Shown: piece by piece, positions 27,520-38,849 of the stretch
How the letters are laid out: every line of letters begins with the position of its first letter
Position numbering within the stretch: position 1 is the stretch's first letter
Notes under the pieces: generated by a model
Told to the model about the DNA's origin: nothing
Databases searched by the model: none
Seen by the model: the letters and a program-made list of their open reading frames with translations, nothing else
Made by a program: the position numbers and the translations under genes
DNA from: a virus
Lineage: Duplodnaviria; Caudoviricetes
Reading direction: 5' to 3' (one strand)
IMG/VR virus record: IMGVR_UViG_3300038412_000083
Coordinates: 1 to 64,000 of that record
Length of the DNA stretch: 64,000 nucleotides

Positions 27520-30500
27520 TTATTCCCCTATCTGCTGTTTAAATTCAGCCGTTTTTATTGCCTTTTCATGTGCTTTGATTTTAGCATCATGCTTTTCTAA
27601 ATTAGTTTCGTGTGGTTTCTTAGCCTCTTTTTCTGCCAATAATTTCTTAAGTACTTCCTGCCGCCATCCAGGTACGCCCATTTTTATATTATCCATGAAG
27701 GTTTTAGGATAAATACCTACTTCATAAGGCTTCACTTTTTCTTCGTGTCCTGATTTTATTCCAAACTTATTAAGTACAGGTATTTGTCCTTGTGCAATCT
27801 CAGAACTGGTAGTAGAAAATGGTGTTCTTGCTTTTATGAAGTTAGCAGCGGCTTTCCCCAATCCTTTACCGGTAACAAGCGGGTTAATAACTGTGCTGGC
27901 TGATTGAAGATACGGAGAAGATGAGCCTACGCTTCTTGCGTTTTCTGCAAGTACATTCGGAAGGGAACCCATGAATGTTGACATACTTGCTTCGCCGGGG
28001 TGTTCTTGATCATATTTATCCCATACCCATCCATGCGAAACGCCGGCATTAAATACAAGGGCATCCGGAAAGTGAGAAAGTGTTTCATATAATTTTAACC
28101 AGGGACTTTCTTCATCACCCTGTTTTTGTTGGGCATATTTACTTGCAGAAGATTGGTAGAATGGATTAAAGTGAGAGTGCAACGCATATCCGAGAGCATA
28201 CGTAAGCGCACCAACGCCCTGAAAAGTAAGCGTTCTAAGTAATACAGATTTTTCGTTTTCTGAAAGTGGTGAATCCTTACCTAAAGCATTGGAAAATATC
28301 TTAAATATTGGTTTATACGCCGCTGTCATTCCAACCACAGGCATTTTAGTCAAGGCTTCACTAATGTAGTTGGAAGAAATCTTAGTGATTGGCGCAAGTC
28401 CTTTTACTAATTCAGCCCCGTTAGGCATTCCCCTTCTTCTTAAACCCTCCTCCATATCACCTTGTAATTTTGTTACAAAGTTATCCTGCATAAATTTAGC
28501 ACGTAAAGACTTCCTAAAGGCACGTTGATTAATAGCTTCCTGCAAAGTAGCATTGCCTAGTTCTTCCGGTTTCACACCTTCCCTGATTAGGTTGGCGCCA
28601 ATAGTTTTTTGATACGCCCTATATTCGGGTAGAGAAACAAGAGACTTTTCTGCACCATGAAGTGAAGCATTCTTATCTAATACCTTCATTGTTTGGAAGA
28701 AGGAGTTTTGTATAAAAGTTTTCATACCTGTTACCTTTATATCTGGGATAGGTAACTTCTTATAATTGCGGCCAAGAGTTAAATCTTCCTTCGTATTGTG
28801 ATTTTTAAAGGCAAACTTCATATCCTGAAAGTTCTCTTTACTGAATAAAGTAGAATAGAAGGTAGCAATATGTTCAGCAAGATCGTGTCTGGTTGTTATA
28901 GCTTCCGTATGAGCACCTTTTGCAAGTTCCGGAAACATTTTACTTACTCCATATTTTACGGCTTCTGTTGGCGCTTTAAATGTAGCCCTCCCAATTACGG
29001 AACCTATGATACGTGCAAGGATGACGGGATTGGATATTAAAACACCGTTGACGAACCTGTTACCCCAATGTATAGCCTTACCAAGAGCACCCATATTATT
29101 AAACTCCCGTATGCCTATCATGTTATCAACATCATTCTTAACTTTTTGTTGTTCGGCACGTAGTTTTAAGGCTTCAGCATCAAGTACGGTTTTCTTCTTA
29201 ACCCTGTCAGCCAAAAGTTTATCAAGATTATTAGTATCTCTGATTTCTTTAAGATACGCAGTTCTCTTAGCGATATTTTTCTTCATGGCCTCCAACTTCC
29301 GGCGATTGGTTTCACCTTCGGCATCCATAAGTTTATTATAGACGTTCTTTAAATCTTCACGTTTCTTTTTGAGCGCATCAAGGCTTTCACTTTTAAGATC
29401 GGTTTTCTTATTTTGTGAGAAGTCTTTATTGGAAATACGTTCAGTTAATTTGTCAATAGATTTTTGAACGGCTTTTGAGGCTCTCTCTATTCTATCTTCA
29501 TCAGTTAATTCCTTGTTGGTGCCGAATACTTTATCATACTCATCACGTAAATCATCTCTTTGCGCTTTCAGATCGTTTGCTTCCTGATCATACTCAATCC
29601 CTTTTCTGTCCTTAACGATTTTTTCATTACGGTCAATAGCATCGGATAAATCCTCAATCTGATTTTTTAAACGGGTTTTTGCGGCATCCAGGGAAGTCTT
29701 GATTTGTTCTTCCGGTGACTTAACCTGAATATTATTGTCTTTTATAGCCTTGTTAAGCTCTTTTTGCAGCCTTCGTTGTTCAGGTGTAGGCTTATCTCTT
29801 TGAGCGCCGGATTTAAGCGGATTTTCGCCCTTGTTGGCAAGTTCTATACTACTTACTAATCTACCTTGTGCGGTAATATCTCTAAAGGCTTTTTCTACCG
29901 GATTATCATTTGGCTTTTTAATCTTGCCGTAGCCTGTGATAGCATCACGTACAGAAGTTTTATCAATATCAGGATTCCCAAGAGCATCAACAACGTCTTT
30001 ATGTACCCTGTCAATTATTTTATCCAGTATAGCTTCTTTACCAACAGCCAAACCTTCCTCGATATAACTTTTAGCCAACTTTACAAGATCGGGCACCATG
30101 TCAAGAGGAATGATATTGTTCATACCAGCACTTCCACCCTTAATATGATTTTGCCACTTGTTTTTTAAAGAGGCTTTTATATTTTCACGCTCAAATTTTA
30201 TCTTCTCTATGGTACGCTTACCTTGTGATTTTACCTGTGATTTTACTTCTTTTGCAAGGTTGTCAAGTGCGCCCTGTTGGTCTGCATTATTTTTACGATT
30301 TTCTTTCTCACCTTCGATAAGTAATTTAAGGTCGCTTATTTCCTTTTCTGCTTCGGCCTGCTTCGACTGCATATCCTGAATAGACAAGTCTTTGCTTTCA
30401 ACCTGTTTTGCAAGGTCTCTTAATTTATCTTTTACGTGCTCAGGTATATCGCCACCGTTGGCCGCCTTATATTTTCTTGTCAGGGCTTCAAGAGTGTAAT

Positions 30501-33500
30501 CCTGTTTGATTAATAGTTGTCTTGCGCGACCTACGTCACTCCATTCCCTACCTAACCTTCTTGCAGCAAGATCATTGTTTTCAAGCAACATTTCGTTTTG
30601 GGCACGTTTACCCATCCACATAGCTTCGGCTTTCTTATCTCCTTTCTCTCTGGCCTCTGTCAATCCATTGTCTATCTCAGCACCTTTTTGTTGAAGTGTA
30701 TTACGATCGTACAGTAAAGCATGGTGCATTTCTGTTACCGATAGGTTTGTATGAAAATCATCAAAACCACTTGCAAGGGAGGCACTTAAATCCCTGATAT
30801 GTTCCAGTGAAATATCGCCACTTTCAATACGTGCTTTTGTTTTGTCAAAGGCATCCATTGTACCATCACCAGTACTCTTTAAAGGTTGTTTACCCTGTTG
30901 GGCACGTTCATCATCTACTATCTGGTTTTTAATGGAAGTATATTTATTTTCCGGTGACAGTAGTTGCTTTATCTGATCATCCTTGTAACCTAAATCTTTG
31001 AGAGTATCTTTAATTTCATCGTCCGAATAATCGAGATCCTTTAACTGTTGTATTCTATCGGGAATGCTATTGCCTTTATCGGCTTTGTCACTGCCACCAT
31101 TACCTTTATCCACTACCTTTTTTAGCGATTCTGTATCGCCTGTATCGAAGGCTTTTTTAATATCGGTAGCGAAGGATTTAAAATCATACTGTTGCCCGAA
31201 ACGTATCTTTAATCCAAGTTTTTCAAGTATCTTATTTAACAGGTCAATGATAACCCCTTTCTTTGCCGGAGGTATATCTTCCAATTTAATATTACCTTCT
31301 GATATTTGTGTTAGAAGTTCTGTTATCCCTTCGGCGGCAGGGTGTTCATTAACGCCGTAATTTAAAGTGTGGTGAAGTACTGCATCAAACCCTTCTACAC
31401 CTTGCATTTGTTGAGCAAGGTCATTCCATAAAGGATTTAGTTCTTCGGGGTGTTCGCCTACCACTTCATCAACAATAGGATGTATTACTTCATGGAAAGC
31501 TGTTCGGCCAGAACCATCTTCACGTAACTTTTGAAGATCGAGCATGATAGTTCTATTACCTTCAGCATCTACTTTTGATACGCCCCTTGAATCGCGGGGG
31601 CCACCGTTAGCAACATAGTCAGAAGTCTTATCGTAAGTTTCAAATTTAGCTTCGGGGAATAAAGATGATAAAACAGATTTAGCCCTTGATACGTACTGTT
31701 CAATAGGCATTTTGCCGTTATCAGTATTTATTTCTGCATTATTTGTTTGTTTACTGTTATTATCTTCCGGATAAATAACTTTATTTTTATCTAATACTAA
31801 AATTTCGTTTTTATAAGCAGCACTATGTTTATCAACTATTGCATCAAATCCTAATTCTTTCGCTGCATCTGAAATATATTTTGAAGGTAATTCTGAATAA
31901 TCCCAATATTGCTTATAACCATTATCATCTTCTGTAAAATTGTGTTTTTTATTGTAATCATTGATAGCGTTTTTTTCCGCTAAATCAGTAACATTCGCCC
32001 AATCTTTTGTATTGGTATAAACCGGGTTTTCAATGTTTAATTTTGCCTCAGTAACATGGTTTCCAAATTCATTAACTGCCTTATCCTTTTCTGTTGTAAA
32101 ATAAATTCCTTTACCAAATTGAGTTGCATCATTTTCTTCTAATTTCCCAACTCTTTTTTTATTTGAGGCGTGATAAAAAGTGTCTTGTTCTCCTAATTTA
32201 AACATCTTACTACTCTTATCCAATTTTTCATTACCAAGTATTTTATTTACAGTTTCGGTATCTCCGGATAATATAGCTTTGGCTAAAGATTTTTTATCTT
32301 CGGTAGAAAGTTTTGCAACCTTTTCTTTTACTGGTTGGCCTTTATCACCTTGTTGTTGGCTGTCTGCTGGTTTTGACTTATCTGGTTCAGGTTTGGTGCT
32401 TTTATCGCCCCCTTCTGCATCGGTATTCCTACCCCCGCTTTTTGCATTGCCCTGTCCACTGCCAGATGATGTATTACCCTCTTTCTTACTTCCGGTGTCA
32501 GTGGTTTCAGCATTTGGTGAAGTTTTGCTACTTTCATGGTCTATTAATTGTTGTACGTATTCTGGTGTTGATTCAAACTCTGATTGTTTGTTAGCCTCAT
32601 CTTCAAGCCACTTTTCTTCTGCAGCTACTTCTTTCTGGTGCTCGGCTTCCCAATGATCACGTTCTGCCTGATCGTGCATAGCCTGTATATGTTCAAGATG
32701 ATAAGTGTTTACAAATTTAGTTGCTGCATCTTCCCTACTTCCATGCTCCTGCAAGGTACTGATTATTTTATTTCTTATCTCATGATCATTTGTGCCGTCG
32801 CCCCAACCTTCCGCAAGTTGTGAAACTGTCGGATATAGTTTACCGTTTTCATCGGTAGCTTTTACAAGTGTATTATCTTTAACGTCCGAAGCTTGAGTGC
32901 CCTGTTCTCCATAACCGGCTCTTTTCTTATGTACAACTTCAGTGCTAAAACTATCAGGATGAACTTTACCACCACCTGCGAAGTATTGTAATATCTTCCC
33001 TTCGACATCGGTAGGCTCATCTACTTCATTAACCATTTTATAAAGCCTTGTTCTGCCTGATCTGCCACCAAACCCTTCCGTTAAATCCTGCTGTCTGGTA
33101 TCTTCAAGTTCTAACTGTTTGGCTTGTTCTCTTTCGGCTTTTGCACGCTGTTTAGCTGCTGCAAGGTTTTCAGCCTGTCCTCTTTTGACATCAGCATTAG
33201 CTTGACTTTTTCTTTGCTTTTCAAGTTTGCCATAATATTTGTTTAAATCTTTATCAAATTTATCTAACATTTTCGTAGCATCGGCTTTTTCTTTGTCGCT
33301 GCTATCGCTTTCTGCTATTTTTTGTCGTGCCTGATCTGCCCATTCACTTGAACGGATTACCATTGCTTGCGTTTCTTCCGGTGCAAGGGCTTCAATCTTA
33401 TTGTCCATTGCGGCAAAAGTATCAGCTACTTCTTCCGGCATTGAATCTATAATATCGTTTGCTTTCTGTCCTAAAGATTTCTTTGCTATATCATTTACTA

Positions 33501-36492
33501 CCTGTTGGTGTACGGCATAGTCCGGAGGTTCAAGCTTACTTTCAAAATCATGTTGGTTTTTAGCAATAGCAACATCGAGTGCTAATTCTTTATCTCTGAA
33601 AGTTCTATCCTGTCCGTCACTGTTTGTAAGGGTTACAGAAGCTAAATTACCGTTATTGTCTTTATTGAATGATTCACCGTTTGGTTTAAGGGTAAAATCT
33701 TCACCATCAATATTTACGTTATCGCCTTTTACCTCTACTTTTGGGGCAGGTTTTATACCGTAATCAGAAGCATTTGAGTTATTGAATTTTTCATCGGTAG
33801 TCTTTCCTAAAAGCGTTTCTTTTGTGCCGTTGTCAAATAACACATTATTTTCTTCATCGGTTCTCAGTTTTCCTCTTTCATCATTCATTACTACATCGCT
33901 GTTAGTAAGATCAGAAATAACCGGAGAACTTACGGGTTCAGCCGGCTTTTCTGCTGCACTTACGGGCGCAGTTTTTTCAATAGGTTTTTCAACGGGCTTT
34001 TCACTAACTTTCGCTTCTGGGATTACAGGAGCTACAGGGTTTAATATTTGTTCTCTTTGGCCTTGTAATTCTTTAATCTTCCCATCGTAGAATTTAAATA
34101 ATACCTTGTCATCCTTAACGCCTGTTTTCTTAGCTTCCAAAGCGTATTCCTGTAATCTGTTATTTACCCATGTTACAGCCTGATCGTGTGTTAATGGCTG
34201 TCCGGTTGAAGGATTGCTTTGTGGAGTTTCATTTAAAATCTTTGAACCTACATTTATTACTTCGGCTCTTTTCGCATATTCATCGGGTGTTATTAATCCT
34301 GCATCCTGAGCTTTCCCTAAGTCAGATAAGGTACGTTGAGGATTAGCAAAAGCATCATACATTGACTGTTTTCTGAAATTGCTGGCATTCATACCTCCTA
34401 ACAAGTTAATGCCAAAAATACCAGGCATTAAAGACGTAGGAAGTGTTTCCCATTCATCAGCTATTTCGGAAGGTACATTTGCCCAATCTTCTGAGCTATT
34501 TTTATTGTTGGCAATAACACTTTGAGAAATATGTTTTAATAGTACACCTGCTGTTTGCATGGCGCCAAACTTACCGGCTTCCTCAGTTGTGTTTTTAGCT
34601 GATTCAAGAATATTGGCAAGAGGCTTTTGTAAGTATTTTTTAAGATTGGTATTCAATGTTTCACTGCTTAATCCTTGCAGGTCCGAAGGCAAATCTTTTA
34701 TCACATCGGTAAGTTCTGTTTTACCTGCTGTAAGCGCATCACCATACTTCCCTATCGGTAAATGGAAAACTGCTGCATCTATTAAAGAACCTAACATTGC
34801 AGATACGTTTCTCTTACCTTCGTCTCCCGGATTATCACCAATTATTTGACGTGCCTTTTGATAGTTAGGTTCATAAGATGAGGCGAATACCGTAGCATCC
34901 GTTCCTATATGATTAGCAAGTGCTGTTGAGGCCGCATCGGTCATTCCCGGCGCTGCATCAGCTAATACGTTTTCAGCTACCTTACCCACATTATTAGCCG
35001 TTAGAACAAATGAAGCAAGACTACCAATTCCCTTCATTACATTGCCTGCGGTAATAGATGATTGAGGTAGTACCTTATTCGCCAATGCTTCACTTTCAGG
35101 ATTGTCAAGATTGAAGTTCTTGTTTAAATTAGTCTGTCCTTGCTGAATATCCTGATTTAAAACATCTTTATCTACTCCTAACGTATTTCCTCCCATTCTT
35201 TCTATACCACCTGCCATATTTGAAAAAGTTCCCATAAAGCCAGAAAGAAGTTTTCCGGCCATATCTTTAGGTAAATTATCAGGCCATGAGATATTTTTTG
35301 CCACTGCATCAGGTACGTCAATACCGTCTTTTTTCATATCAGATATGTACTCTGATAATGATTTTGGATATATCCCGGTATTTATTTCCAACGGAGTTAA
35401 ATGTTTGGCAATATATTCGCCTATCTTATCGCTCCAAAGCTGTCTTAAGGCTTCCGGGTGCCTTTGTAATATCGTTGCTTTCTGATTTTGTAGATTAGCA
35501 AGTTGTTGTAAATATTGCGGATTTTGCGGATCGTTGTCGTTCTGAGCGTTTAAAGTAGTTATCTGTGCATCAATTCCGGCATTTTCTGTATTTACTTGCT
35601 GAATAGGGTTTATAGGAATCCCCTTAGCCATCAAACGTGCCTGTTGTGCCGCTTGTGGATCACCCATTGATTGACCTAAGATAAGTCCTGTCTTTACCGG
35701 ATCACCACCCCCTTCAAGCCCTGCATGAATAGAATTATAATGATATACTTGCTGAGTTAAAGCCTGTTGTTCATCTTTCAGTTTGGCTATTGCCCCACCC
35801 ATTACACCCCTTTTCTCACTAGCTTCCATTTGGTTAATCTGGTTCTGCAAAAGATCATTCTTTTGTTTATAGTAACCACTGAGCAAGTCTTTGTTACCTA
35901 ATATTTGGTTAGGATCAGTGCCAGGGAAATCAGTTTCAATAGATTTTGTAAGATCGAAAGGTTGGTCATCTGTTTTTATTTGCGCCTGTTTAGTTACCGG
36001 CTCTGCCTTAACTGAATTATTAGCGTTCTGTTGTATTTCCTGTACCTGCTTTTGAACTACTTGTTTAGGTACGTTCGCCTGTGCAGATAAATTATCTTGT
36101 GCCGATTGATTACCTAATACGTTAGCCCTTGATTGGCTCATGAAAGTATTCGGATCAAAAGCGGCTGGCTGTGATGCGGATTGACTTGACGAAGGTGTAG
36201 CAGCGTCGGAAGAAGGTGATGATTCTGTTAAGTCTGCCGGTGCGGCTACGTACTGAGTTGGGGTAGAAGTTCCTAAAGAATTTTTTTTTTGAGGTACAAC
36301 TGAATTATTAAACTCTTCCGGTGTTTTATCAAATCCTTGTAAGTTATCTTTCAAGGCAGCATAAACCCTACTTCTGTAATCAGGGTCTTGCATAGAATCA
36401 AGAAACTGTCCCGGTGTTTTATCAAAACCCTGTAAATTGTCTTTAAGGGCACTATAAACTCTGCTTGTATAGTCTAATTTAGGATCAGTCAT
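27520..36492 (-). CDS. Giant ejection/polyvalent protein (2990 aa) with ADP-ribosyltransferase-like and zincin domains
   Basis: FYHAS...FGKGIYFT...EILVLD (ART-PolyVal-like, about 31760-32190); AFHEVIHP HExxH (about 31480-31500); long coiled-coils; in the internal virion protein operon. Confidence 0.8.
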   Translation of the reverse strand: MTDPKLDYTSRVYSALKDNLQGFDKTPGQFLDSMQDPDYRSRVYAALKDNLQGFDKTPEEFNNSVVPQKKNSLGTSTPTQYVAAPADLTESSPSSDAATPSSSQSASQPAAFDPNTFMSQSRANVLGNQSAQDNLSAQANVPKQVVQKQVQEIQQNANNSVKAEPVTKQAQIKTDDQPFDLTKSIETDFPGTDPNQILGNKDLLSGYYKQKNDLLQNQINQMEASEKRGVMGGAIAKLKDEQQALTQQVYHYNSIHAGLEGGGDPVKTGLILGQSMGDPQAAQQARLMAKGIPINPIQQVNTENAGIDAQITTLNAQNDNDPQNPQYLQQLANLQNQKATILQRHPEALRQLWSDKIGEYIAKHLTPLEINTGIYPKSLSEYISDMKKDGIDVPDAVAKNISWPDNLPKDMAGKLLSGFMGTFSNMAGGIERMGGNTLGVDKDVLNQDIQQGQTNLNKNFNLDNPESEALANKVLPQSSITAGNVMKGIGSLASFVLTANNVGKVAENVLADAAPGMTDAASTALANHIGTDATVFASSYEPNYQKARQIIGDNPGDEGKRNVSAMLGSLIDAAVFHLPIGKYGDALTAGKTELTDVIKDLPSDLQGLSSETLNTNLKKYLQKPLANILESAKNTTEEAGKFGAMQTAGVLLKHISQSVIANNKNSSEDWANVPSEIADEWETLPTSLMPGIFGINLLGGMNASNFRKQSMYDAFANPQRTLSDLGKAQDAGLITPDEYAKRAEVINVGSKILNETPQSNPSTGQPLTHDQAVTWVNNRLQEYALEAKKTGVKDDKVLFKFYDGKIKELQGQREQILNPVAPVIPEAKVSEKPVEKPIEKTAPVSAAEKPAEPVSSPVISDLTNSDVVMNDERGKLRTDEENNVLFDNGTKETLLGKTTDEKFNNSNASDYGIKPAPKVEVKGDNVNIDGEDFTLKPNGESFNKDNNGNLASVTLTNSDGQDRTFRDKELALDVAIAKNQHDFESKLEPPDYAVHQQVVNDIAKKSLGQKANDIIDSMPEEVADTFAAMDNKIEALAPEETQAMVIRSSEWADQARQKIAESDSSDKEKADATKMLDKFDKDLNKYYGKLEKQRKSQANADVKRGQAENLAAAKQRAKAEREQAKQLELEDTRQQDLTEGFGGRSGRTRLYKMVNEVDEPTDVEGKILQYFAGGGKVHPDSFSTEVVHKKRAGYGEQGTQASDVKDNTLVKATDENGKLYPTVSQLAEGWGDGTNDHEIRNKIISTLQEHGSREDAATKFVNTYHLEHIQAMHDQAERDHWEAEHQKEVAAEEKWLEDEANKQSEFESTPEYVQQLIDHESSKTSPNAETTDTGSKKEGNTSSGSGQGNAKSGGRNTDAEGGDKSTKPEPDKSKPADSQQQGDKGQPVKEKVAKLSTEDKKSLAKAILSGDTETVNKILGNEKLDKSSKMFKLGEQDTFYHASNKKRVGKLEENDATQFGKGIYFTTEKDKAVNEFGNHVTEAKLNIENPVYTNTKDWANVTDLAEKNAINDYNKKHNFTEDDNGYKQYWDYSELPSKYISDAAKELGFDAIVDKHSAAYKNEILVLDKNKVIYPEDNNSKQTNNAEINTDNGKMPIEQYVSRAKSVLSSLFPEAKFETYDKTSDYVANGGPRDSRGVSKVDAEGNRTIMLDLQKLREDGSGRTAFHEVIHPIVDEVVGEHPEELNPLWNDLAQQMQGVEGFDAVLHHTLNYGVNEHPAAEGITELLTQISEGNIKLEDIPPAKKGVIIDLLNKILEKLGLKIRFGQQYDFKSFATDIKKAFDTGDTESLKKVVDKGNGGSDKADKGNSIPDRIQQLKDLDYSDDEIKDTLKDLGYKDDQIKQLLSPENKYTSIKNQIVDDERAQQGKQPLKSTGDGTMDAFDKTKARIESGDISLEHIRDLSASLASGFDDFHTNLSVTEMHHALLYDRNTLQQKGAEIDNGLTEAREKGDKKAEAMWMGKRAQNEMLLENNDLAARRLGREWSDVGRARQLLIKQDYTLEALTRKYKAANGGDIPEHVKDKLRDLAKQVESKDLSIQDMQSKQAEAEKEISDLKLLIEGEKENRKNNADQQGALDNLAKEVKSQVKSQGKRTIEKIKFERENIKASLKNKWQNHIKGGSAGMNNIIPLDMVPDLVKLAKSYIEEGLAVGKEAILDKIIDRVHKDVVDALGNPDIDKTSVRDAITGYGKIKKPNDNPVEKAFRDITAQGRLVSSIELANKGENPLKSGAQRDKPTPEQRRLQKELNKAIKDNNIQVKSPEEQIKTSLDAAKTRLKNQIEDLSDAIDRNEKIVKDRKGIEYDQEANDLKAQRDDLRDEYDKVFGTNKELTDEDRIERASKAVQKSIDKLTERISNKDFSQNKKTDLKSESLDALKKKREDLKNVYNKLMDAEGETNRRKLEAMKKNIAKRTAYLKEIRDTNNLDKLLADRVKKKTVLDAEALKLRAEQQKVKNDVDNMIGIREFNNMGALGKAIHWGNRFVNGVLISNPVILARIIGSVIGRATFKAPTEAVKYGVSKMFPELAKGAHTEAITTRHDLAEHIATFYSTLFSKENFQDMKFAFKNHNTKEDLTLGRNYKKLPIPDIKVTGMKTFIQNSFFQTMKVLDKNASLHGAEKSLVSLPEYRAYQKTIGANLIREGVKPEELGNATLQEAINQRAFRKSLRAKFMQDNFVTKLQGDMEEGLRRRGMPNGAELVKGLAPITKISSNYISEALTKMPVVGMTAAYKPIFKIFSNALGKDSPLSENEKSVLLRTLTFQGVGALTYALGYALHSHFNPFYQSSASKYAQQKQGDEESPWLKLYETLSHFPDALVFNAGVSHGWVWDKYDQEHPGEASMSTFMGSLPNVLAENARSVGSSSPYLQSASTVINPLVTGKGLGKAAANFIKARTPFSTTSSEIAQGQIPVLNKFGIKSGHEEKVKPYEVGIYPKTFMDNIKMGVPGWRQEVLKKLLAEKEAKKPHETNLEKHDAKIKAHEKAIKTAEFKQQIGE
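36319..36474 (-). repeat. N-terminal duplicated motif DYxSRVYxALKDNLQGFDKTP
   Basis: Two copies 31 aa apart. Confidence 0.85.
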
Positions 36493-36494
36493 AA

Positions 36495-38075
36495 TTACAA
36501 GTTGTAATCTTTAGCATTTTTGCCTCCTTTAGCATCAGGAAGTTTGTAGTTCTGCTTATTCTTAATAGACGTTTTTGAGTTCTGTAATTTAATATCAGAA
36601 TTTGTCCTGCTATTCACATCAAACCATTGTCCTGATTTTGTCATTACTCCCGTAACCTGCCCATTTTCTATCTTTACCTTTACCTGATTTGTAGGATCAA
36701 AGGTTGTAGGGTCAATCTCATTTTTAATATCGTTATGTGGTGACCATTTGGCTACTGCATCTCTTACTGATAAAGGGAGGTTTGAAATAGGTATAGTTCC
36801 TGTCATTTCACCACCATTATATTTAGGTGTACCGTATAAGGGCGCAAATGCACCTCTCTTTGCAGGTTGAAATTGTCCGTTTGTGATAGTTCCCTTTACA
36901 CCGTTATCTCCAACAAAAGGAGTATTAGAAATGTCGCTGAATGACGCTTGTGTTTCATCATTTTTATTACCTGCTGCAGCACCACCACTTCCGGGCATTG
37001 GATAACCCAATTCTATTTTAGTCAAGGCCTCAGATTTATTGACACTCTGTTTATCACTTATTGATTTTGCTCCCCAATCTTTTGTCATCTGGTAAGCCAT
37101 GATACGCTTTGCATTCTCAAAGGCCGGAGTACCGGGAGCCACCGATACGTTAGGTGAATGTTGCGCTAAATAGTGCATCGTAGCAACATCTAATTGAGCT
37201 TTCATTCCTGGAGTTGATTGCATTGTATCAATAGAACTTTGTGGCAACGCATCTATCTGAACTTGTTTCCCGTTTGCATCGGTTGTTGTGATAGGATCAG
37301 AAAGTGTTGATACATGGTACGCCCCTTTATCATCTCTAACTAAATTTTGCAATCCATCAAGCCATGTAGCTTTGAAATCGTTTTTACTCTTAACACCGGG
37401 AGATGTGTAGTGCTCGCCTGATAGTTCCTGACTTACAGGAGTGAACGCTTTTTTATAACCTTGCCAATCAACATTACCCGGCATCACTAACTGAGGATTG
37501 TTTTGTAAAACATCGGCAGCGTAATTATGGCTTGGGTCAAGTTGTGAAAGTTCATCATTGCTTTTCAATACAAGTTTACCAGTAGCCGGATCTTTCTTAT
37601 AAAGAACATTTAACTCTGTATTCTTAGCAAGAGCGCCATAGTAAGGCGCCAATGTTTTATCAGCCTTATAACCTTCCAAAGAAGTATTGATATTGTTTTG
37701 TAACGCTGTTCCTAACTGATAGGTTTGTCGTAATCCACCTACCTCTTGATTAGCCGCAGCTTCTATATCCTGATCACTGGCCCCGCTATTTATTAAATCA
37801 GAAACTCTTTTTAGTGAATCACCGGACATCTGAGTTATACGCTGGTTTAAATCATTTTGGGTATTGTAGTTGGAGGGATCAAATTCCTTCCCGTAATATT
37901 TTTGTAGAGCGAATTTATGAGCAGCATCCGCTTGTTGTTGAGCATCTGCTTGATCTTGCCGAGCCTGATTTTGCTGATCTAGCATCCTAACAAGATTATT
38001 TCTGTTAGTTTCACCTAAATCACCATAGGTAACTGCGTACCCTGCGTTCTGTGCTCCTGATCCTGGTGCTCCCAT
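36495..38075 (-). CDS. Internal virion (ejection) protein
   Basis: 526 aa, Q/N/K-rich; between the small Gly-rich and the giant ejection proteins. Confidence 0.65.
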   Translation of the reverse strand: MGAPGSGAQNAGYAVTYGDLGETNRNNLVRMLDQQNQARQDQADAQQQADAAHKFALQKYYGKEFDPSNYNTQNDLNQRITQMSGDSLKRVSDLINSGASDQDIEAAANQEVGGLRQTYQLGTALQNNINTSLEGYKADKTLAPYYGALAKNTELNVLYKKDPATGKLVLKSNDELSQLDPSHNYAADVLQNNPQLVMPGNVDWQGYKKAFTPVSQELSGEHYTSPGVKSKNDFKATWLDGLQNLVRDDKGAYHVSTLSDPITTTDANGKQVQIDALPQSSIDTMQSTPGMKAQLDVATMHYLAQHSPNVSVAPGTPAFENAKRIMAYQMTKDWGAKSISDKQSVNKSEALTKIELGYPMPGSGGAAAGNKNDETQASFSDISNTPFVGDNGVKGTITNGQFQPAKRGAFAPLYGTPKYNGGEMTGTIPISNLPLSVRDAVAKWSPHNDIKNEIDPTTFDPTNQVKVKIENGQVTGVMTKSGQWFDVNSRTNSDIKLQNSKTSIKNKQNYKLPDAKGGKNAKDYNL

Positions 38076-38077
38076 GT

Positions 38078-38779
38078 TTATTTTATAAATGGATTAATAT
38101 AACTACCACCGTTTAATTGACCGGGCTGTATGTAATTCCCTACCTGTCCGACATTTTGAACCATTGGCGTAATTCCCATACTACCCATTTGACCACCCCC
38201 ACCACCGCCAAAACTACCGCCTTGCGCCATTTGCCCCGCACCAACAAGAGCATTAGAAAAACTATCCATCATTCCCCCTTTATTATTCCATGCAGCATTT
38301 TGAAGCGCATTCTTAGCCTGTAAGTCGTTATTGTAATTCCTTAACTGATCTTGGTACATATTCATATTCTCCTGTGTCATTCCCTGATTAGCGGAAGATA
38401 AATAACCGAGTAAGTTTTGTTTGTTAGCAGCCTCTTGTTGTCCGAGTTGATTGTAAGCGTTATTAGCGTTACCGTTTAATCCTGCCAGCATAGCAAGTGA
38501 TTGTGAACCGTTGGTAGAGTTTCTGTCCACTCCCGCCATAGAGTTAGCGAAATTCCCTGCGATATTCTGTTGTTCATTTGCGGCCCCCGCCATACGCCCG
38601 TTCATCATCTGTTGAACAGTAGATAGTTGGTTTTGAGCATAAGGAGAGGTATGATACACCGCATTTACAGGATGAATAGCATCTGCCATTTTTTGCTGCT
38701 TGTGGCCTTGAATACCTTTAAATACTCCATTGATTAAATTAGCGGCAGTATTGGCTATATCTAAAAAAGGTAATCCCAT
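38078..38779 (-). CDS. Internal virion (ejection/pilot) protein
   Basis: Gly/Ala/Asn/Gln-rich with amphipathic termini; first gene after a late promoter. Confidence 0.65.
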   Translation of the reverse strand: MGLPFLDIANTAANLINGVFKGIQGHKQQKMADAIHPVNAVYHTSPYAQNQLSTVQQMMNGRMAGAANEQQNIAGNFANSMAGVDRNSTNGSQSLAMLAGLNGNANNAYNQLGQQEAANKQNLLGYLSSANQGMTQENMNMYQDQLRNYNNDLQAKNALQNAAWNNKGGMMDSFSNALVGAGQMAQGGSFGGGGGGQMGSMGITPMVQNVGQVGNYIQPGQLNGGSYINPFIK

Positions 38780-38795
38780 ATTTTATTCGTTTGAA

Positions 38796-38849
38796 CAAAG
38801 TTAAAACGGAGGGTACATTATGTACCTAAAAAAGAGGGGAGAAATATTT
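38796..38849 (-). promoter_or_regulatory. Late promoter, copy 4
   Basis: AAATATTTCTCCCC...TACA-TAA-TGTA-N10-TAACTTTG, 54 bp. Confidence 0.8.

Noticed and set aside
29006-35498. Many plus-strand ORFs (e.g. 29006, 32180, 33782, 34559) opposite the giant gene, and similar antisense ORFs elsewhere
   Set aside because: Shadow frames: Ser/Leu/Phe-rich, no initiation context, fully overlapping well-supported genes.
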